NCBI GenBank assembly: GCA_051439605.1
Contig: JBFRWN010000037.1
Location: 1 to 14,998, forward strand
DNA length: 14,998 nucleotides
Source of the DNA: Synechococcus sp.
GTDB lineage: Bacteria > Cyanobacteriota > Cyanobacteriia > Thermostichales > PCC-7336
Reading direction: 5' to 3'
Shown: one piece after another, positions 1 to 7,054 of the stretch
Layout of the letters: the number at the start of each line of letters is the position of its first letter
Numbering within the stretch: the first letter of the stretch is position 1
Notes under the pieces: model-generated
Databases searched by the model: none
What the model was told of the DNA's origin: nothing
Seen by the model: only the letters and a program-made list of their open reading frames with translations
Made by a program: the position numbers and the translations under genes

Positions 1-266
1 ATTTCCCAGCGGCGATCGCGGAGAAGTTGCAGACTCGGAAGTTTGGCTTTGGCATGCTGGGTAAACACCATCAGGTTGTGCATCACCTGCTCAGGGGCAG
101 CAAAAACCTGTGAGTTGATTCGCTGCAACACGAAACTGGGATAGGGAGCCAGCAAGCGAACTAAATAAGTATCGTTGATGCGTCCGTTACCTAACGGTTC
201 GAAGCCATCGATACTGGCATTGAGGGGACAAAACTGGCTAGCAATCTCGATGGGCTGCAATTCCAT
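1..266 (-). CDS. Aminoglycoside-phosphotransferase (APH)-fold kinase, N-acetylhexosamine-kinase-like; 5' part only, runs off the left edge
   Basis: Hand translation from ATG at 266..264: MELQPIEIASQFCPLNASIDGFEPLGNGRINDTYLVRLLAPYPSFVLQRINSQVFAAPEQVMHNLMVFTQHAKAKLPSLQLLRDRRWE..., open to the window edge. The motifs GNGxINDTYLV and FVLQRINxxVFxxPxxVMxN are typical of the N-lobe of this family. Not present in the supplied ORF track. Confidence 0.85.
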   Translation of the reverse strand, partial: MELQPIEIASQFCPLNASIDGFEPLGNGRINDTYLVRLLAPYPSFVLQRINSQVFAAPEQVMHNLMVFTQHAKAKLPSLQLLRDRRWE

Positions 267-523
267 AGGGACAAAAGAGAATTTTGGAGAGTCAACTTAA
301 TATGGCAACGGTCAAACTGCTGAGAACATCTCTCTGTTGAGTACTTTGACTGGGTTTCATCCCTCTTAGCAGCCTGCGAAATATCAAATCTAACTGTCCT
401 CCATTGGAAATGCACCATGGTAAAGGATAATGAGTTCTCGCGAGATGACCGATTGACCCGCCTGATTTTTTTATGACTCCCGATCGCTAATGAGTGGAAA
501 TAACCGATGAGTAGAAATCCCCT

Positions 524-2083
524 ATGACTGGCTATCAAAAAGGAGCGATCGCTGCTGGGCATCCCCTCACCGTTGAAGCGGGATTGGAGATGTTTCGGCT
601 GGGTGGCAATGCCTTTGACGCGGCGATCGCGGCCATGATGGCCTCATGGGTAACGGAACCGGCGTTAACTTCACCTGGTGGGGGCGGCTTCTGCTTGGCC
701 CATACCAGTACGAGGGAGAATATCCTATTTGATTTCTTTACTCAAACTCCTCGAATCAAGAGACCCGTCACCGAGTTAGATTTTTATCCAATCGTTGTAG
801 ATTTTGGTGGGGTAGAGCAGGAGTTTCACGTGGGGATGGGATCGATCGCCGTTCCCGGTAACTTAGAGGGTGCGTTTCACATTCACCAACGACTGGGTCA
901 GCTCCCTCTGAAGGCGATCGCCGAACCCGCTATCGACTATGCCAGGAACGGCGTGGTGGTGAGTGATTTCCAGCAGTACGTCCTGTCGCTCCTGCAACCG
1001 ATTTTGACCGCCTCCCCCGAAATGCGACAGGTGTATGCCCCTAAAGGGTACTTGCTAGAGGTGGGGGAGAGCTGGCAAATGGGGGACTTGGCCAATTCCC
1101 TAGAGTTTTTGGTGGAGGAAGGGGCGATTGCCATCAGGGAGGGGGATCTCGCCCGCCAAATCGTTCGGGATTGCCAGGAAGGGGGTGGTCATCTCACTTT
1201 GGAGGATCTTGCGCAGTACCGCACCATAGAGCGGCAACCGCTGTCGGTCAACTACCGGGGACATACCCTTCTGAGCAATCCACCCCCAAGCTTTGGGGGA
1301 ACATTGATTGCCTTTTGCCTCAAATTGCTGGAGCGAACCGATCTCGGACAGTCCACCGAGTTTGGATCTCAGCAGCACCTAGAACTACTGGCTCGGGCCA
1401 TGTGTCAAACCCATATGGCCCGCAGAGATCGCCTCAACGGTTATATCTACAGCGATGGTGTTGCCACGCACTTCCTCTCTCCCGAAACGATCGCCACCTA
1501 CAGTGCAGCTCTGGCCGTCCCCCCTAGCAAGTTGGGCAGCACCACCCATATCAGTACCATTGATGGAGAAGGAAACGCCGCAAGCATTACTGCTTCCAAC
1601 GGCGAAGGCTCTAGCTACGCCATTCCTGGCACGGGGATTATGCTCAACAACATGCTGGGAGAAGATGACCTCAATCCCGATGGATTTCATCGCTGGCCAG
1701 CGAACCAACGAATGTCTTCCATGATGGCACCAACAATGGTAATAAACGGTAGCAAGCCCGAAATTGTCTTGGGTTCGGGGGGATCGAAGCGTATCCGCAC
1801 AGCGATCGCGCAAGTCATTTCCAATTTGTTGGATTTTGGCATGTCGGTATCGCAAGCGGTGGATAGTCCTCGAATCCATTGGGATGACAACAAACTGAAT
1901 TTGGAACCAGGGTTTGCGGAGCTGGATATCCCTCGTCTTGGAAAAGTGTTAGGAAATGAGATGGTGCCTTGGTCGCAGCAGAACATGTATTTTGGGGGGG
2001 TCCACACGGTGGCTCGCAGGCCAGATGGTTCATTTATAGGGGCAGGCGATCGCCGTAGGGATGGCTCAGCCAATTGGGTGTGA
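524..2083 (+). CDS. ggt: Gamma-glutamyltransferase family protein (Ntn-hydrolase), apparently cytoplasmic
   Basis: 519 aa with GGNAFDAAIA, EPALTSPGGGGF, SIAVPG, PPPSFGG, the autocleavage/nucleophile motif STTHISTIDGEGNAAS (Thr340), MSSMMAP, GSGGSKRI and C-terminal GAGDRRRDG. No signal peptide is visible. Confidence 0.92.
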   Translation: MTGYQKGAIAAGHPLTVEAGLEMFRLGGNAFDAAIAAMMASWVTEPALTSPGGGGFCLAHTSTRENILFDFFTQTPRIKRPVTELDFYPIVVDFGGVEQEFHVGMGSIAVPGNLEGAFHIHQRLGQLPLKAIAEPAIDYARNGVVVSDFQQYVLSLLQPILTASPEMRQVYAPKGYLLEVGESWQMGDLANSLEFLVEEGAIAIREGDLARQIVRDCQEGGGHLTLEDLAQYRTIERQPLSVNYRGHTLLSNPPPSFGGTLIAFCLKLLERTDLGQSTEFGSQQHLELLARAMCQTHMARRDRLNGYIYSDGVATHFLSPETIATYSAALAVPPSKLGSTTHISTIDGEGNAASITASNGEGSSYAIPGTGIMLNNMLGEDDLNPDGFHRWPANQRMSSMMAPTMVINGSKPEIVLGSGGSKRIRTAIAQVISNLLDFGMSVSQAVDSPRIHWDDNKLNLEPGFAELDIPRLGKVLGNEMVPWSQQNMYFGGVHTVARRPDGSFIGAGDRRRDGSANWV

Positions 2084-2090
2084 GAGATGG

Positions 2091-2250
2091 CTAGTACTTA
2101 TCTGCTCAAATGAATCGCCAGATAGAAAGGGTAGGACCTAGGAAGAACTAGCCGGGTAGAGAGAGACAAAGGTCTGGTATGTCAGTGACAGCCATTCTCC
2201 TGAGCGAAGAGGATCGAGAGCAGCTGGAGCAATTGGAAACAAGAGACGCT
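2091..2250 (+). mobile_element. Possible short remnant of an IS630-like transposase 5' end
   Basis: ATG at 2179 reads MSVTAILLSEEDREQLEQLETR..., resembling the 'I.LS.EER..LE.L' start of IS630-family transposases. The frame runs into the antisense of the doxX 3' end and stops at 2295. Resemblance is by eye only. Confidence 0.2.
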
Positions 2251-2256
2251 AAGCTC

Positions 2257-2730
2257 TCAAGCTTTGAACTGCTTGACAATCCACTCATCCGATGACCACT
2301 GCCCTGGGCCATTCACCAAAAAGAATGCGTAAAGTGCCGCATAAAGCGAGGCAGTTTCAAGTGGAGCGATCTGAAGACCATCGCTTTTGAGATGGAAGAA
2401 AATGGCAACTGCCATCGCGAACAATAGAGCACCTGCACTCAGTCGGGTCATTAGCCCAAAGATTATAAAAACAGCCCCAATCAACTCTACATAAGCCGCA
2501 CAGTAGGTAAAAAAGACTGGATAGGGAAACCCGATAAAGCTAACAACGTTGTCAGCAAAACCTTGCACGTCTGCAAGCTTATCTAAACCGTTGTGAATCA
2601 TTAAACCACCAGCAATCACCCTGATTATTAGCCAAAGTAGCTGAAACAAATAATCTCTTGTTGTTTTTGATTCCAGCAGTGCTTGGACAAAAGACTTTTT
2701 GGCTAGAGTGCCTGTCTGAGTGTTTTCCAT
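2257..2730 (-). CDS. DoxX family membrane protein
   Basis: 157 aa with about four hydrophobic segments and DoxX-type motifs: LIIRVIAGGLMIHNGLDKL, ELIGAVFIIFGLMTRLSA, AVAIFFH and GPGQWSSD. Confidence 0.9.
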   Translation of the reverse strand: MENTQTGTLAKKSFVQALLESKTTRDYLFQLLWLIIRVIAGGLMIHNGLDKLADVQGFADNVVSFIGFPYPVFFTYCAAYVELIGAVFIIFGLMTRLSAGALLFAMAVAIFFHLKSDGLQIAPLETASLYAALYAFFLVNGPGQWSSDEWIVKQFKA

Positions 2731-3435
2731 AAGTATGATTAATGGGAGAGGAATGGACTATCTAATGAATTATGGCAAGAGTATAGACCAGAGGAGACAT
2801 TCCGATAACTGTCCTCTATGCCAAATATCCCGAACTATCTCCCAAATCTTCCGGGGCAATGAGCCAAGGAAGTCAGGCAACGCAACGCTATGGTACCTAA
2901 ATTAATTTTACACACAAGAATTCGCTAACATCTACGTAATACTAGGCATCTCAGGTGGCATGCAATCCTAAATGCCACTCGTTTAAGCACTCAGCTCTTG
3001 CGTGTTGCCACCACTCTTGGACTCAGGCTTCATAGAAAAAGCAGATGAATCGGTCTTACCCGTCAAACAAGAGCTCTTATTTGACGCCTTTTTTAACTCG
3101 AATGTGTATTCTTCTTCCGCAAAGACACTTAGTTAACATAGTTTTAGAGAAAATCTATAACCCTACGAGTCCAAGAGGTTACAAGCTTGCGCAAAAAAGT
3201 GAGATATGCACCAGGAAAGGTGTTACAAAACTAGTGTAAATATGTGAACTTGCTGATAAAAACATGCATAGTCTGAATAAAATTAAGTATTCTCTGCATT
3301 GACTAAGTTCACTCAGAGTTAGGTTAACCAGTCGGTCATACCTGTTTGCTTGCGCATCGATCTACCCGGCCGAGATGATTTCTCCGTCACAAGTAGGCAG
3401 CGCGTTTATGTCCACCTTCACAGGAAGTAACCGAC

Positions 3436-5310
3436 ATGTCAGCGTTCCTTGGTCTTGAAAACCCACTACTCTTTGTCAGTGAAAGTGAGGGCTTGCTTGA
3501 CAGCAATTTGGCGAATTTATCCTCAGCAATTTTCAATCCAAAAGACTCTCACTACCGCAGTTCTGCTCAACCTTCATTCGAGCGCTTATATCAAACCGCA
3601 GTAGATTCGTTGTTGTCAGACCTGAGACCTAGCATTTTTGATGATGATAATCTCAACTATGACAATTTTAAATATGGCAAAGATTCATCGACACCTGAAC
3701 TAGATTTCAATTGGCCTCCCATAGGTTCAGCTCCCAATCCTTCCGATTTCCTGATGGGAAATTCTCAGCCCATTCCCAATCCACTACTGGATGCCGCCAG
3801 TCATCCAGAAGCTGCCAAACAATTGGAACCGTCCGCCCTTGCTGCGATCGCGAACCAATCCACCAGCCCCGGCGCTGTTACCGGACAGGCCCCCAATGTG
3901 ACTCGGATTGAGGCAGAAGATTACACGGGCTCCTTTGACACAACCTCCGGAAACCGTGGTCGGGCATACCGCTCGGATAACGTTGATATTCAAGTGACCA
4001 ACGATGCAGGTGGGGGATATAACGTAGGCTGGATTCGCTCCAGCGAGTGGTTATCCTACAACGTCAATCTCTCTGCGGGAATCTACGATGTTGTATTCCG
4101 TACCGCCGCCCCGAATAGCGGAGGAGAGCTGCAGCTTTCCATTGGCGATACTGTAATTGAGCAGCAAGTTGCCAGAACAGGTAGATGGCAAAGGTTTCAA
4201 AACAATACGGTCTCGGGGCTTGAACTGAGTAGCGACCAGCAGAGCTTCCGCATCGATATGCTCGCGGGGGGCTTTAATCTCAATTACATCGAGTTCATTC
4301 GCACTGGCGATGCTGCCCAACCCAGCGAAGTGAATCCCAATTCAGTTCCCGGTCCTCTCCCTTCCGGTTCGTTTAACGCCACCTACGGCTATGGCATGGT
4401 CGATGCTGCAGCAGCAGTCAGTTACGCAGTCGGCCAAGAAATACCATTGCGATCCTCCTCTAGCGGTAACGGACTGGAGTTAATCAACGCCACTGACGTT
4501 TGGAATGCCGGATATACAGGACAGGGTCAGGTGATTGCCGTGCTAGATACAGGGGTGGATATCAACCATATAGACTTGGCCAACAACATCTGGACAAATC
4601 CGGGTGAAGTTGCCAACGACAACATCGATAACGATGGAAACGGCTACGTTGACGATATTCATGGCTACAGTTTTATCGAAGACAATGGCGATGTGCTAGA
4701 CGAAGGCGGGCATGGGACCCACGTGGCAGGCATCATTGCTGCAGACAATAACGGGCGGGGTATTAACGGTGTCGCCTACAATGCGGAAATTATGCCGGTC
4801 AAAGTCATGAACTCGCAGGGTCAAGGAACTCTATCCGACCTCGTCGCTGGTATTTACTATGCCGTTGATAATGGCGCAGACATTATCAACCTGAGTTTGG
4901 CAACCACTGCTGATTATTCTAGCCTCAGGCAGGCCATCAATTACGCCAACAACAATGGAGCTGTTGTGGTTTCGGCTGCAGGCAACTCGGGGAATAATAT
5001 CCCCGACTATCCCGCGAGATATGCCACTAATACTGGACTAGCGGTTGGAGCCTCGGACAATAACGGTAATTTCCAGGGCTTTTCGAATCGAGCAGGTAGC
5101 GAGGCACTGGCTTACGTTGTCGGGCCGGGTCGTCAAGTCTATTCCACATTGCCCAATAACAGGTTTGGCCGTCAATCTGGCACATCAATGGCTACCCCCC
5201 ACGTTGCTGGAGTCGCGGCCCTGGTCCGTAGCGCCAACCCGGATTTGTCCCCCGAAGAGGTTGTGGACCTGCTAGTTGGCTCGGCAAATCCCGACCTAGT
5301 CTTTGCCTAG
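3436..5310 (+). CDS. S8 (subtilisin-like) serine peptidase with N-terminal low-complexity region and CBM6-like carbohydrate-binding module
   Basis: Catalytic triad motifs IAVLDTGVD, HGTHVAGII and SGTSMATPHVAG, oxyanion motif AAGNSG, and the Ca-binding-type insert DNDGNGYVDDIHGY. Bases 3901-4296 encode RIEAEDY...GGGYNVGWI...EWLSYNV...TGRWQRF...GGFNLNYIEF (CBM6-like). AGGA lies upstream of the ATG. Confidence 0.92.
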   Translation: MSAFLGLENPLLFVSESEGLLDSNLANLSSAIFNPKDSHYRSSAQPSFERLYQTAVDSLLSDLRPSIFDDDNLNYDNFKYGKDSSTPELDFNWPPIGSAPNPSDFLMGNSQPIPNPLLDAASHPEAAKQLEPSALAAIANQSTSPGAVTGQAPNVTRIEAEDYTGSFDTTSGNRGRAYRSDNVDIQVTNDAGGGYNVGWIRSSEWLSYNVNLSAGIYDVVFRTAAPNSGGELQLSIGDTVIEQQVARTGRWQRFQNNTVSGLELSSDQQSFRIDMLAGGFNLNYIEFIRTGDAAQPSEVNPNSVPGPLPSGSFNATYGYGMVDAAAAVSYAVGQEIPLRSSSSGNGLELINATDVWNAGYTGQGQVIAVLDTGVDINHIDLANNIWTNPGEVANDNIDNDGNGYVDDIHGYSFIEDNGDVLDEGGHGTHVAGIIAADNNGRGINGVAYNAEIMPVKVMNSQGQGTLSDLVAGIYYAVDNGADIINLSLATTADYSSLRQAINYANNNGAVVVSAAGNSGNNIPDYPARYATNTGLAVGASDNNGNFQGFSNRAGSEALAYVVGPGRQVYSTLPNNRFGRQSGTSMATPHVAGVAALVRSANPDLSPEEVVDLLVGSANPDLVFA

Positions 5311-5333
5311 AAGCGTTTCTGAATAAGCACAAG

Positions 5334-5361
5334 CTTTCAGCGGGTTGAAATCCGCTGAAAG
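5334..5361. terminator. Hairpin between convergent peptidase and clpX genes (likely bidirectional terminator or 3' stability stem)
   Basis: CTTTCAGCGG-GTTGAAAT-CCGCTGAAAG is a perfect 10-bp inverted repeat, extendable inward, 24 nt after the peptidase stop. There is no long U tract. Confidence 0.65.
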
Positions 5362-5418
5362 ACGACTGTTTGGACATTTGAAGGGGCCGAAAATACTATC
5401 GATCCAGAGCCAGTACGG

Positions 5419-6744
5419 TTAGGCAGATTCAGGCTTTGGTAATGAAGATGGGTGCACGATCAAATGGGCGGTAGAACTTTCTTCCACCATTTCTTTGGTA
5501 ATCCTGCAGGTGGTGATATCGCTGCGGGAGGGAACTTCGTACATGATATCTAGCATCAGCTCCTCCACGATCGCCCGCAAAGCCCGAGCACCAGTCTTAC
5601 GTTTGTGAGCCTCGCGCGCGATCGCCGCGATCGCCCCAGGCTCGAACTGCAACTCCACGTTATCCATCCGCAGATATTTCTGATATTGCTTAACGATGGC
5701 GTTTTTCGGCTGAGTCAAAATGGCTTCCAGTGCTTTCTCGTGCAGAGACTCCAATGTAGCCACCACCGGAATTCTGCCGATAAATTCGGGAATCATGCCG
5801 AATTTGACTAGATCTTCGGGGGACAACTGCTTCAGAGTATCGCTGGTACGGGTTTCGCGGGGAATTGAAGATTCACCCTGCTTGATAAAGCCCATTGACT
5901 TACGCCCAGTCCGCTGTTCGATAACTTTATCGAGCCCCACAAAGGCACCGCCACAAATAAACAGAATACTGCTGGTGTCGATTTGGATACAGTCCTGGTA
6001 AGGATGCTTGCGTCCCCCCTGAGGTGGAACGCTAGCCACCGTTCCCTCCAACATCTTGAGGAGAGCCTGCTGTACCCCTTCACCTGATACATCGCGGGTG
6101 ATCGAGGGATTCTCGCTCTTGCGGGCAACCTTATCAATTTCGTCGATGTAGATGATGCCTCGCTGTGCCTCTTCTACATCTAGATCGGCAACCTGAAGCA
6201 GGCGCAACAAGATATTCTCAACATCCTCACCCACATAACCCGCCTCAGTCAGCGTCGTAGCATCCGCCACTGCAAAGGGCACTTCTAACATGCGGGCCAG
6301 AGTTTCCGCCAACAGAGTTTTTCCAGAGCCTGTAGGACCAATCAGTAGAATATTGGACTTTTGAATTTCCACCCCATCTTCTTCCAGAGACTGGGCAGCT
6401 TCGGTACTGAGGCGCTTGTAATGGTTGTAAACCGCAACCGACAAAACTTTCTTCGCTTGTTCTTGCCCAATTACGTATTGATCGAGATATTCACAAATCT
6501 GCTTGGGCTTTGGTAATTGGGCCAGAGAGGGCAGCTCGCGAGGGGGCCGCTTTTCAGCCTCTTTGCGGGCAGGGGCTGCCGCCGGTTGGGTCCCACCGTC
6601 GTACAGCTCCTCATCCAAAATTTCATTGCACAGATCGACGCATTCGTCACAAATGTAGACCCCAGGGCCTGCAATTAACTTCCGTACCTGCTCCTGCGAT
6701 TTACCACAGAAGGAGCACTTGAGGTGGGAGTCATATTTTGCCAT
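5419..6744 (-). CDS. clpX: ATP-dependent Clp protease ATP-binding subunit ClpX
   Basis: C4 zinc finger CSFCGK...ICDEC, Walker [13 protein letters not shown] pore loop, Walker [27 protein letters not shown] loop, MGF ClpP-docking loop and sensor GARALR. Confidence 0.99.
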   Translation of the reverse strand: MAKYDSHLKCSFCGKSQEQVRKLIAGPGVYICDECVDLCNEILDEELYDGGTQPAAAPARKEAEKRPPRELPSLAQLPKPKQICEYLDQYVIGQEQAKKVLSVAVYNHYKRLSTEAAQSLEEDGVEIQKSNILLIGPTGSGKTLLAETLARMLEVPFAVADATTLTEAGYVGEDVENILLRLLQVADLDVEEAQRGIIYIDEIDKVARKSENPSITRDVSGEGVQQALLKMLEGTVASVPPQGGRKHPYQDCIQIDTSSILFICGGAFVGLDKVIEQRTGRKSMGFIKQGESSIPRETRTSDTLKQLSPEDLVKFGMIPEFIGRIPVVATLESLHEKALEAILTQPKNAIVKQYQKYLRMDNVELQFEPGAIAAIAREAHKRKTGARALRAIVEELMLDIMYEVPSRSDITTCRITKEMVEESSTAHLIVHPSSLPKPESA

Positions 6745-7054
6745 GAGCCCTATGGGTTACTGGTTGCGTTGAAACTGGTGCCAATCCAATCATTCACAAA
6801 TGATCTGAACTTAGGACGGGGAAGTACAGCAGGGACAACACTCTAACATTAGCTTCGATTTGGTGTAGAGGGGGTGAGTCCCACAAGATTTCAAACTCCT
6901 TAGTGTCTGCTTTAGCTTCGATGACCTTCGGTCACAAGCGCATCACTAGCAATGAGTTTTATGGATTGCCACCCCAATCTTAACTGACAATGGGTTGAGG
7001 TATGGGGTTAATGCGAGCGATCGCACAAGTGCGCTTCGCGCTGCATTCCGCGTT

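Noticed and set aside
427..445. GATAATGAGTTCTC, resembling a Fur-box half site upstream of ggt
   Set aside because: Only one half matches, and it could equally be a -10 element.
191..562. 123-aa minus-strand ORF
   Set aside because: It overlaps the ggt start and the real kinase gene in another frame, and has no recognisable motifs.
937..2073. Several alternative-frame and antisense ORFs inside ggt
   Set aside because: Shadow ORFs of a well-supported gene, with no motifs.
2720..3239. 61-aa and 64-aa plus-strand ORFs in the intergenic region
   Set aside because: No clear RBS, no family resemblance and random-like composition; the first overlaps the doxX start.
5334..5361. GTTGAAA-containing hairpin as a CRISPR repeat or REP element
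   Set aside because: Single copy in the window, with no spacers, cas genes or transposase nearby; its position fits a terminator.
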